In this document: piece by piece, positions 27,329 to 39,977 of the stretch
How the letters are laid out: the number at the start of each line of letters is the position of its first letter
How positions within the stretch are numbered: position 1 is the stretch's first letter
From: the human T2T-CHM13v2.0 reference genome, Homo sapiens
Reading direction: 5' to 3' (one strand)
Assembly: GCF_009914755.1 (NCBI RefSeq)
Contig: NC_060927.1
DNA: 64,000 nucleotides
Translations under genes and position numbers: made by a program
The notes under the pieces: generated by a model
What the model was told of the DNA's origin: nothing
Databases searched by the model: none
Seen by the model: only the letters and a program-made list of their open reading frames with translations

Positions 27329-30300
27329 GAGTTCTGAAAATATGTGAAGGATTCAGTCACTGACTCAGTTAATGTGCCGTGTTCACTTTCTGTATCAGCC
27401 TCTATGCATCATTCCTGGTGCATTCTGAGTTAAAAGAAAAAAGCATACACTATTCATTTATGGCTATAAGGAAATATTGCTATTTTAAAATAAAGAAAAA
27501 TATTGCACACTTTTCTATATTTTGGGGGACCTATATAATTACTCTTAGGTAGAAAAGGCTTTTTTTCTTTTAGAAAAGAATTTTTTTTTCATTATGAAAG
27601 GCAAGGCATCAGGCAATGTTTGAATGACAAAACAGATAACCATAATTAAATGTTTTCCATAATAAAGTTCATATTTGTTCTTGCTGATATAAAGAGATTA
27701 TTTTAAGGTAAAATAATTTCAGCTTTGAACAGGTAGCTCCAAATGCAGGATTGCGTGTGTGTGTGCGCGCATGCATGCATGTGTGTGTGTTTGGATTGTT
27801 TGTTTTGCAGTTTGTTTTTCATTGCTGTTTTGTTGTGGGGAGGGGTTCTTCCCCCCTTTCTTCGAGCTTTGCTGGGTGTGGGGTCAGCAGTGGTGGTGGA
27901 GGATGGAGAAGTAATGAAGTGGTTGTGGATGGATAGTATAAAAGAACTAGGAGAGAAGAATTTGCAAAGCCAGAATGGGTCCCAGCAACATGGGTACAGA
28001 TCAAGCCCAAAGGAAAAACATAGCTACAATATTATTTTAAAATTCCCTGAGACAGTGTGTGATTAGTAAATCTAGAAAGAGCAGTTTCCTCTTCTATGCT
28101 GTAATTTCCCTAATCCCAAATCTTTAATACAGCTTAATCAACTACTAACCTAATAATGGCTCTCTCTTCCCTTTGCTTTGGAGACTAAAATCTATATCTA
28201 CAATTTAAGGTGAAGCCACAGAAGAGCTGGAGGAATATGTAGAGTGTTGGAGAGGTAGCCAGAATGGTCAGGGAGAAGCCAGCCAAAACCAGGAATTTGG
28301 CAGTGGAGCTGAAAAGTTAACAACCGAGATATATAAGCACCATCTCCAAGAATTCGCAGAAATATTTGGGAAGAATATAAATTTCTTTGAGTCTAAAGTG
28401 AGATTGGAATTCAAATTATTTTATTAAAGAATTAAAGAAAAATTTGCTCCCACTGAATGCCAGAGGGCACAACTGGGTTATACTTTGGTATATTCATGAA
28501 AGGGACAGAATTCTTTGTACAGAACTGTCATTTATCTCTTCCACAGTTCCATTACTCTTTCTGGGGCAGATATATCACAATGTACAGGAAAAAAAAATCC
28601 ATGGAGCTTTCATTTTATAATGGAGTAGAAGAGCTTAACACATACCCTTAACTGAATAGCTAAGATCTTGAGAGAACTCCAGGTTTCTATATTATTGTTG
28701 TGACCTATTTGAGCCCTATGAAAAGTCCTGTGGCATTGCAATGGTTTTTTTTTTTTTTAATCTAAAGTTATAGTTGCTTCTTGTTGTTTTTGTAAGTGAG
28801 ATGGAAACCCTATCAAAAGAAGAAAACAAACCATAAATTGTCCAACATTAGGCCAATTACAGGATGCTAAATAGTTTGCAAGTCTGTAAACAAGGTATAG
28901 TTTATTGAATTACTGGTAGTTTGTATTCAGATGGTATTTTTTCTTCCTTTAAAGGTCTTACAATAAGATATGCTTAAATTCTTAGAGATGACCAGTTTAC
29001 TAGATTCATGAGATATTTTTGATGATAGGCTCATTTTCTTTTTTCTTAGAGACATGTTATTTTTATAGAAATATTATAATTTTCAGCCTAGTGGTTCCAA
29101 AAATACATAAAACACAAAGTAAGTAAAATACAAGAAATCTATGGTTAGCTGTCTGTGTAAGAATTATTACAATAACATTAAAAATGCAAATGATAGGGCC
29201 CCAACTATAGTAGGGCAGGGATAAGAAACAGAAATCTGTTTTTTTTTAGAAAAGTACAAGAGAAATCAGGTATGAGAAACACTGGGCTATATGATAGACC
29301 CCTCAAACAACCTATAGCTGTGAAGCTTCAATATATTTTGCTGCTAAGAGCAAATGCATATATTATGCTTCTGTTGTCTAATAATGTTCCTTTTCACTTG
29401 AGAGTTTTAAATTTTCTCTTTTCTCCTTTACAATTTAATCTTTATATCGCCTCCTTTATAGAATTTTTCTCTCTTTCTTGTTTAGTAGGTTTCTTAGGTG
29501 ATTGCTTACAGGGTATTTTGTGTCCTGTAAGGAAAGATAGTAATTTCAGATGGAGACACAGAGAAGACAAACGAACTTCAATATGAAATGAGGTAAGATT
29601 CAAGTATTTATAAGAGAAGAATATTCCAAAGCACTCTGTAAAGTGTTATATGCTACATTCTATTGCGATTCTATATTTAGTTTCTAGAACCAGGCACATA
29701 CAAGAAGTGTAATACATATTTGTTGAATGAATGAATGAATGAATAATTCATGAATGAATGAATGAATTAGCGAGCAGCATAGCATACAAGCCAATAGAAA
29801 AGCCTCTGGAGTTAGCTAAACTTATCTGTCAGGGAGTTATACCTAGTAAGTCATTGAATTTTTGTTTCGTTAGACCAATGTACATTTTAGATATACTACC
29901 AGGATTTTACAAAATCATAAACTAGAGCAAAATTTTAAGGAAGGCATTGCTGCACACACATTAATATTAGAGGCACCATATTATCTCTAAAGTCATGAAG
30001 GGTAAGTGTCACAGAAAAATATGCCGTTGGATTACATTTAACATGTACCATTAGAACGTGGTCCACTCACATTCCCAAGTTTTGAAATATTTTTTTAAAA
30101 AATTGCTTATTTTGTTCATCTTTTCTTATAATGATCGATTTTCCTCTATTGATATCAGACTTAGGATAATTTTATATATGAACCATCACCTTTCTTAATC
30201 CATTCAAAATTCATAATCTATAAGAAACAAAGTTCATTCTTATTATTTTTAATTGCTTTGAAAAATAAGAATGCTATGTTTATTATTTTTCATTGCTTTG

Positions 30301-30579
30301 AAAAATAATACTTTGATGCAAAAAATAATTACATCTGAAAAAGAGGAAGAGTGTGGTTATTAATAAAAATCTGTAATTGAACTAGAACAATAAAATAAAA
30401 TTTCTAAAAACTTTATTGTCTTCCTTCCCATTGTTTCATAAACAAAGATATAAGTGTTATTGAATAGGACAGAAATCCTCTTTCTTGGAAGAAATCTGTC
30501 AGTATTTACATTTCTGGAACAGAAAAGAGCTAATTCAAACCAATGCTCTACCATTTGCTATCTAATATACAGTAGAAGA

Positions 30580-30870
30580 GGCCAGGTAGGGTGTTCACTC
30601 CTGTAATCCTAGCACTGTGGGAGGCAAAGGTGGGTGGATCACTTGAGGCCAGGAGTTCGAGATTAGCCTGGCCAACATGGAAAAACCCTGTCTCTACTGA
30701 AAATACAAAAATTAGCTGGGCATGGTGGTGCATGCCTGTAATCCCAGCTACTCGGGAGGCACAAGAATCACTTGAACCCAGGAGGTGGAGGTTGTAGTGA
30801 GCTGAAATCGCTCCACTGCACTTCAGCCTAAGTGACAGAGTGAGACACAGTCTCAAAAAAAAAAAAAAAA
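30580..30870 (+). mobile_element. Older Alu (AluJ/Sz-like), within L2-like sequence
   Basis: gatcacttgaggccaggagttc; A tail; degenerate TSD agtagaaga/agtagacga. Confidence 0.9.
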
Positions 30871-31401
30871 TAGAGAGAGAGTAGACGAGTTATAAGGTCT
30901 GAATGTGCACTTTAAGCTGAAATATAAATGATGAACAGGAGCCAAATACAGGAGTATGTGAGGAAAGATCCTTCCAAGCTGAAGGAATAGCAAGTGCAAA
31001 GCAATAGGCAGGAATGAGCTTGGTGTGTTTGAGAAACATTAGGAAGTTATCCCTGATGAGTTAGAAGTGCAGTCGGTGTGGTAGAAAATGGTAGGTTTCA
31101 AAGTTTAGAGGCCCAGCAAAAGCCAGAAATATACAGGTCTGTGGGCATAGTAAGGGTTTGGATTTTACTTCAATTGCAATGAAAGCTATCCAGAAAGTTT
31201 CAAATAAGGATAAAATGTAGATTTGAGGCTTATATTTTTAAAATATTACTCTTCCTGCTTTGGATATGACTTATGAATGGTCAAAAGAAAGTTCTGCTAA
31301 GAAGCTACAGCAGGAGTACAAGATTGAGATGCTCTTGATTGGACTTGAGCAGCCATGAAAAGGGTGTGTGCTGGTGGTTATCTTTTGATGTGTTATTTTG
31401 A

Positions 31402-31804
31402 TGTGTTACTCCTTCTGCCATCTTCCCTGTACTGTGGTTTATCCCCAAGCCCCTCACCAGCAAGTCTGTGCTTTAGACTCTGCCTATTGCAGGCACTGAC
31501 AAAGATTCAGAAGGAAAAGAGTTATAATTCATTATTTCTCCTGCAGTAGTGCAGCAGCTCAGACTCCTGGAGTGGTGGCAGTGGAACGCTTCTTAAAATC
31601 CAAACTCCAGTGGCCCTGTCCTGCTTTGTGGGTGAAATTTTGGCATCGACTTCTTGCAGTTTTGTAATTTCTAGATAGCATTCCCAGTCCTTACAGTGAC
31701 TTCTCTACCCTCACCAACATTATTTCAAACAACTGATCTTGGATTAAATCGGTTTGAAATATATAGATTGATTTTTTTCCCCTGACTGAACTCTGACTAA
31801 TACA
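31402..31804 (+). mobile_element. Ancient ERVL LTR (LTR33-like)
   Basis: Ends cctgactgaactctgactaataca, resembling the LTR33-type 3' terminus; followed by ERVL-like internal sequence. Confidence 0.5.
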
Positions 31805-34800
31805 GTATTTTTCTTTGTCCAGTAGTAGTTCCAAGAAATTGTCCTGCAAAGATGGGAACCTGGGAGAGATTTTCTGTCCTGGATGGGTTTGATCAAAATT
31901 ATGACCTCGACTCCAGTATAAAATGGGATGTCAGTCATACATAGCATTTAGACAAAGTAGCCATCGAGTGAATGACTGCCAGGGCTCTGTGGTGGACCCT
32001 GGCTACACTGGAAAATGACATAAAGAAAATTTTGAGTTCAGTGCTTTAAATTCTTCTTGTCGAGTTATGAGCAGAGAACCAGAGTATTTCAATTACCGCC
32101 CTAAAATAATCTCTTCTCTCTTATTTACAAGAGATAGGATGGCCAATATGGCAAAGACCAGATACAAAATTTAACTCTGTGGGTTTGAAAAATTACAATG
32201 TAAATTGAATTCAGAATATTAATAGGTCTCTTATTTGAATTTTTTTTGCATTGAATAAAGGGAATAAGACACAGGGAGCTGGATGTGGCATATTTCAGCT
32301 GACAGATAAATCTGTTAAACTTGAACCTCTAAGTCCCACTGTGTGTCCTGGAGGAAGCAGCCCCTTCTTCCTTGAGTCAGAGGACAAATCCTTTCCTATC
32401 TTGTCTGAAGCAGTTATCTCACAGAGTGGCCAATCCCTTCAACATCCACTCATCACCTCTCATTGTCTCTAGAACCATAATTGGAACATGGCTTAGGATC
32501 AAACACACACAATGTGCCTGAAAGAGAACACATTGCACAGAACCTGAGTTGTCACATGGGAGTTCTCAGCCTTTGACTTACATTCTATACCTCAACCAGT
32601 TCAAACAACTGAAGCCCTTTGAATGAACTCTGAGAATCTGCCAAAAGTATTTATTGAAAGTCATCCTCCTAACCTTCCCCAAAGGGACCTATAGACATTT
32701 GCCATGGTCACTGTGCACTGAGGAGGAGGAAATACTTAAGCTTTCGAAAGATTATTCCATATTTAATCTCACTTGACACTATTTCCCAGGAACGAAACTG
32801 CCTCTATAGTCTACCAGTCAAAAAGGGGATTTCCAGGAGTCATGTGATGAAGATTTAGCTCAAATCCATCAGAGGTGGATCCAGATGATCTGTCAGTCTC
32901 TCTCTTCCAAGTCTTTAAAGGTAGCATTAATCTGTGTTTTCCCCAGAAATGTGGTATTACATTTGTTTTTATTATTTTGATAGGGACAAAAATTTCCAGA
33001 TCCTTATGCTTGGCCCTATCTATTATAATGGTTCTATTGTTTTTTCCTTGCTTCAAACTGGGGAAATAATATCAAATTATTGAAAGAGACATCTTTATAT
33101 ACTTGCCTCTTTAGTCTGTGACAAGATAGGTAGGTCATAGAAAAAAATAGCAAACTACTTTGAGTAGGCAGTGACACTGATTGCAGTTGGTGTTGCAAGT
33201 GTGATCTCTTTGCTACAGCAAATTAACATACCCATTCTCATTAAATGTGCAGATTTCGGTCTGGCAAGTGCCCCCTCACCAGGATTGTAATTATTAGACC
33301 ATACTGGCAGCAGTGAAACTTCATTCTATTATTTGGGGAATGTGTCCATTTTCTGATTATCTTTCATACTCCAATGTTCAGGGCACTTGATCACACACCG
33401 TCCCACAGGGTATTATACTGGCCTAATACATTTATGACATCCTGGTCAGACCTGGTAAGAAGGAAGCATAAATATCCTAAATGTGTTGATAAGATATATC
33501 CATGCCTGAGGGAAGAAATAAATCCCGTGAAAACTCAGAGACCTGTCATCTTCATGAGGTTCTAGGAATCCAGTAGAACTGAGGAATTCCCAGGTATTTC
33601 TTCCAAAGTGAACAACAAGGTGCTTTGCCTTGCATCTCTATGACACAGAAAGAGATGATGAATGAGCTTCTTTAAATTTTGCAGGCAGTGTGCACTTCGT
33701 AAAATACGCTGTTCTGAATCATATAACAGGAAGTTTTGACATTAGGCACGATAATGGCCCTTCATAGATGTCCAGGTCCTCTGGAAGCTGTGTATATGTT
33801 GCATTACCTGGCAAAAGGGATTATGCAAATATGATTAAGTTAAGGACCTTGAGTTGGGGGAGATTATCCTGGATTATCTAGGTGGGCTCAATCTAAGCAA
33901 ATGGGACCTTAAAAACAGAGACTATTTCCTTCTGTTGCAAAAGAAGGACATGTAACTATGAAGAATAGTCAGAGATGTAGCAAGGCTTGATTTGAAGATA
34001 GAAAACCAGGGAAGATCATAAAGCAGGGAATGTGGGCAACCTCTAATAGCTGGAAAAGCAAGGAAATGATTCTCAACTAGAGCCTCCAGAAAGGAATGCA
34101 GCCCTGCCAAACCTTGGTTTTAGCGCAATAAGACCATCTTGAATTTCAGACTTACAGAACTGTAAGATAAAATTCATTTTTTGTTGTTTTAATCCACTAA
34201 CTTTGTAGTAACATGCTACAAAACAATGGAAAACTAATACAGGGCCACAACAAGAATAGGTTCTAAAGCTGGAGCAGGTATAGTGCAGCTGCTTTCCTGC
34301 TTGGGCTTTAAAACCTGGCAGATAAAAATGTGCTCCAAACGTCTATTGCAGATAGGAATGCGATGGACTCTCTGGGAATCCTGAGAGAAGAATCATGATG
34401 CAGGCTCCTACAGCTTTTGATTGCAGCTATGCCTTCTTAACACACATAACTTATTTACATTTTGAAAATCAGCTCCTGGGCATGTTCCTAAGATCTGGTA
34501 AAGCCTGGGTTCCTGGCATTCCTACCGTGAAATGCCAAGAGCATCTGAAACTAATCTGCCCGTCTATAAACTCATTGTTATCTGATCCACCAAATCATAA
34601 AGTTGCGTGTGCGTCACAACACTCCATTCTCAGGAGGAGTTAGATAAGGCTTTAGCAGTGTCTGAGAGCACAAGAAAGTTTCATATATATTTAGTTCAGA
34701 GTCTTGTGGCACCTGTTTCCCCTGCATTATCCCATCACTCTCGAACGGCACCTTTTTGTAAGTCCCCATGACCACTGAATGGTTAAGGAAAAAAAAAAAA

Positions 34801-35680
34801 AACACCTCACCCATATCAACCAATATTCAGTGAAGTTCCCTACTAGAGAGGAGGTTCTTAATAATCAGGTAGACAACATAATCAGTTTTGAGTGTTATCA
34901 CTCAGTCTTTTTCTATAGTTTATGAGAAAAAGCACCTGTATTGGCAAGATTGTTAAAGTTATGTATAGGTTTAGCAATATGACATTCCTTTTAACAAGCC
35001 TTATTTGATTCCTGTTCCTGTTGTATTTCCAACCTGCCAACAGCAGAGATCAAGGCTAAGTTTCTAATATAATTCTACTACCTAAAGGACTGACCAGTCA
35101 CCTAGGGGCAGGACAATTAAATTAGAATCCTTATACCATGGAGGAAGCAAATTTTCTCTTCACTGTAAAACATACTTATTCAGGATGTGAATATATCTGC
35201 CTTGTCCACAATGCTTCTTCCAGCACCATTATCCATTCTCTTATTCATGATTATGGTAATTTACACAACATTGTTTCTGTCTAATGCTTTCCAATTCTAA
35301 CATGTATCTCATCATCCAGAAATAGTCTGCCTTATACAGTGTCAGAAGACCTGTTCAAGATTCAGATATGGGTCCAGTTGAAAGAACACTGTGTCTCTAG
35401 GGTGCTGTCCTACAAATGCAAAATAAGCTTTGAATATTATTTTGATACTATGAACATTGAAAGGAGCTGTTTATTCTAAAGCTAAAACAAAAGGGTCTTG
35501 GAACCAAGGACCGGAAGCTGGTAGGAGTGGCTTCTATCTCTAGCACACCTACTAAATCTCTCAAAAAATGTCCCTTGATCCCAGAAATTTAGATGCTCAT
35601 ATCTTAATGTAACTAATTACCAAGAAAAGAATGCTTCCGTTATGAAATACAACAATGTTTTGATGGAAATAAAATTGGCA
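31805..35680 (+). mobile_element. Highly degraded ancient ERVL internal region (gag/pol relic)
   Basis: Nucleotide echoes of ERVL pol motifs in the correct order: QIN..DLAxA (~33215-33270), LxxYIxDI (~33415-33440), SxADR (~34340), TYSG (~35175). No open frame remains. Confidence 0.55.
33741..34241 (+). mobile_element. MLT1 (MLT1D-like) solo LTR nested in the ERVL relic
   Basis: gattaagttaaggaccttgag...gattatcctggattatctaggtgggc...ggaaaactaataca. Confidence 0.8.
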
Positions 35681-38600
35681 CCTTTTTGTGGTATGCTTCA
35701 TCTCAGCTCTGTTGCCTGCCTTTTCCTCCTTCTTATCCATGTATCAAGCTATGGTGTATATGTGTATAAATATAAACTCTTAGTTCCGATTGCAAATTCT
35801 TAGGAAAGCATATCTGAGTGTTCCTGCTGGCATCAGACTCTAACTCCAATCTTATTAGCAGGGGCCAGGGTTCCACTAATCAATGTCAGAAGCCAAAGAG
35901 AGAAAGGGGTCATCATTGTCTATTTGTCTCAACACCCAGGTAGTAATATTCATTATCTCATTAAATCTTCACATAAAATGCAACCGAGGTGTTAACTGAG
36001 AACTTCTTGCCCTTTGAGTTACAAGTATGATTAACTTGAAGCTCCAATTCCATGCTCTGTGGAGGTTCAAAGTTTTTTTTTCCCCTAAAATGTTAGTAAA
36101 TTCTCAAGAGACATATTCTCCATCTGCAGGGTCCTGTTTCCATACATGTGTCTCTGCTCCATTCTACTCTAACCCAACTGTAAAGCTCAATCACTTATTT
36201 AATTTTCACTGAAACAAAACTATTTACATACATCATGCTCCATACAAAGTGTTTAGAAATATAGAAAAAGTCACCTAACAGCAAAACAACAGCAAATCCC
36301 ATTGTAATTTCTCTCATGAGATTTTTAATAAGGCCATCAATGGTCCTTTAATTCATGTATTGAAAAATTACAATGTAGTAATTGTAACAGGAGTTACAAG
36401 AATGAGATGCTTTTGATTGGACTAGGGCAGACGTGAAAAGGGTGTGTGCAGTGGTTACCTCCTTCTCCTTGGTCAATTCCCATTCAGAAAGCAGAAAATC
36501 AAAACATAATCAAAACATCAAATTTTCTTATCCTGTACAACTTAACTCTCTTTTAGCTGTATTACTAGGAATACCATGTTCAAATTCAAAATATTTATCA
36601 AGTTTTTATCTTCCTCCAAAGAGAAAATCTCTTCTTCAAAAATCTATCAGCCATTAAATGATTAATGACATGATAAATTTATTAAATGATAAACAATAAA
36701 TTCTCACATAGCTAAATGATCATGAAACATTGGAATAATTATCTTTTTTTCTTATCTCTATTTTAAAGAAGAGTAATATTAGACCAAGCAGTGGTAAATT
36801 AAATGCCACATTAGGAAGAAATGGAATTTTAATCCAAGTATATTTTATTCCAAGTTCATGCTGTTTTCACTGCAGCAGACTTCTTCCCAGATGTTTATTG
36901 AGGCCTTGCTATATGCCAAAGACTTCATATATTACACTTCATTTATTCTTCACAATAACCTTGTAAAGTCAGCAGTCAAGATATTTAAAAATCTGGCATC
37001 TAGTCAAGATATAGTCTAACTCACTGTGGCATGCTTTCAAATCTGTTTCCCTATTAGTAAAATTAGACATTTGGACTTAATTATTTGGGTAGCCACTTTT
37101 GATACTAATCTTAGGGGATCATATTATGTTTTCTGTCATTCTTCCTCACTCTGTAATAATAACTTTACTCTAACTTCAAAAAATCAAAAGGACTCTATTT
37201 CTAGCACTTATATATTAGAGTTAAATTTTTTATGTATGTATCTGTTATATTCTAGAGGGCAAACCAAATAATATTTTTATGTTCCCAATGTCTGTGTATA
37301 ATTAAAGACTTAATGAATACTTGTTGAATAACAAATGACTACATATAACTATATAATGTTGGTCTGTATATGAGGGAATAATTCATATTTATTAACAGGA
37401 TAATACTCAGTCCAATTTAAGGGAAAAACTCCTTTTCTGGATAGATTTTATTTTAACAAGTGTAGACAGACACAAAGACATCTGTGTACCAAGTTGAAAG
37501 TGAGTACATTTGTGAATGGGGAGTTTGTTCTTTGTTTTTTGTTGCTGGTTGTTTTTTATTTGCTTATTTTATTTTTTTCTTTCTTTGTTCATATTGAAAT
37601 ATAAATATGAAAAGACGTCTTGTGTTCACATTGGCCATTCATTGGCTTAATTTTTATGTTATCCCACAATGAATTTATACATGTGTTTTAGGTATTTTTC
37701 TATATACAAGATAAAGTAGCTTAATTATATTTTGAAAAATAAAAAATAAGAGAATTTGACTTCTGTGGGACTGTCTGTCCATAATGAACTCTTTGGAAAA
37801 CAAATACTTATATTCATTATCTTTGCTATTAGTTATCTGTACAATTCATGCATATCTTCTATGTGGAGAAATACATAATTTTTCATTGATGGGATTTAGA
37901 TGAAACAATTAGTAAAAATTTCGATTGTACTTTTTCTTTGTTTTCTCTATTTTGTTGTCCAAACACCTCCTGAACACAGGTTACATGGACAGCAGTGTGC
38001 CATGCTGTGGGGCGTCATGCAGATGACAGCGTCTGCTTGACTGCATTTCTGGAGGAGAGTCAATTGATTTTACACATATGTGCATGAGAGCTTAGAGTGC
38101 ATTAGCATATTCTTTTACTAAAAATAAATAAATAACTAGGAAAATGGTTCCAAAAATCAGTGTTCCTCTTGTTAGCTGTTGAATTTTTAAGCTGTTTTGT
38201 AACAGAATGTTTTAGATGTAAATGTTATTGGCAATTAGGTTCGCTTATTTGCCTTTCTTGTTTTCTTCAGTCAAAAGCATTATCTTATAGATAACATTAT
38301 TTCGTGGAGCTAACTGGAAATGAGAAGCGGGAAACAATTTTACCAGCCAGTGTGATTAGTGGAGATACATAATTGCCTGCCTATTTACTTTGAAGTTGTC
38401 ATTTAATGAAGTGGTTCTAACTAAAGCTCTAATGGAGAAAAATTCTTAATTCCTTTTTAATATTTCCCGATGTCTGGGAATGTAATTTAAAATAAATTTG
38501 AATGTTGATTGTTAAATTATATTCTTCCCCATCAGCACATCAAGTTGTATCTTGGTTTATAGACAAGGAAACAGGTCATTTAAGATGTTCAAAGTAAACA

Positions 38601-38869
38601 GCCAATCATTAAAAAATAATCATAAGCACAACCAAAATGTCAATTCTTATACAGTAAACCCAATTTAAATGTTTATTTTTTCATCCAATGTTCTTCATAT
38701 ATTTATTCCAAAAAAGTTATAAATTCTCATACATTTCCTGCATCGTTATGTATTAAAATTCTTTGTTATGAAATAAAATAGGATTGCGTGCATAGAAATT
38801 ATACAATCGATATGTTTAAATTTCTATTCAGCATCAGGCTAAATTTTAAATGTCAATCTCAAAGGTCTT

Positions 38870-39265
38870 TTACCATATGATTCCATTTATAAAACATCCC
38901 CAAATGACAAAATTATAGAAATGAACAGGGTAGTAGTTGCCAGGTGTTAGGAATGGTGAGGGAAGGAGGACATGTGTGACTATAAAAGGCTAATCATGAA
39001 GAAAGTCTTTGTGGTGATTGACTGGATCTGTATCATGACTGCAGCTGTGGTTATCTGAATCTACACATATGATAAAACAGCATAGCAACTACACACACAC
39101 ATTGTACAATGTCAATTTCCTGGCTTATGTCTACTCTGCTTCTATAGGATGTAACCATGGGGGAAAATTGGTAGAAGGCAACATGAGACCTCTCTGTACT
39201 ACTTTTGTAATTCCCATAAATCTATAATTATTATTTCAAAATAATAATATTCAAAATAAAGTTTT
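38870..39265 (+). mobile_element. Old L1M 3' end
   Basis: atatgattccatttata...aatgacaaaattatagaaatg...tagttgccagg...ctctctgtact...aataaagtt. Confidence 0.7.
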
Positions 39266-39654
39266 AAAACTATAATTGATGTAATATAGTGTAGTAGTTG
39301 AGTTCATGAGCTCTAGAAACAGATTGCCTGGATTGGAAACCTGGCTTTATCTTTTACCAGTTCGTTTCATTTCTTACCAGCTGTAAGACCTTGGATAAAT
39401 CCAAGAAATTGAACTGCAGTTATCCTTATCTACAAAATGTAGATAATAATACTGCTTATGTCACATGTAAATAATTTAATACATTTTCTGACATATAAGA
39501 AGTTCTATTAAAATGTTTTTATCATCAACATCATCATTATCATTATCAAGATTATGAATTCCATGATTTATGAAATCATTGATTCAGAATTTGCCTTAGA
39601 GTAACAGTTTTTCAGAGACAGTTACTGTATAGGACTCTTGTCCCAACCTGCTTT

Positions 39655-39977
<323 letters not shown>

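Noticed and set aside
29715-29770. (TGAA)n arrays (also ~24285, ~44765)
   Set aside because: Typical L2 3' tail remnants.
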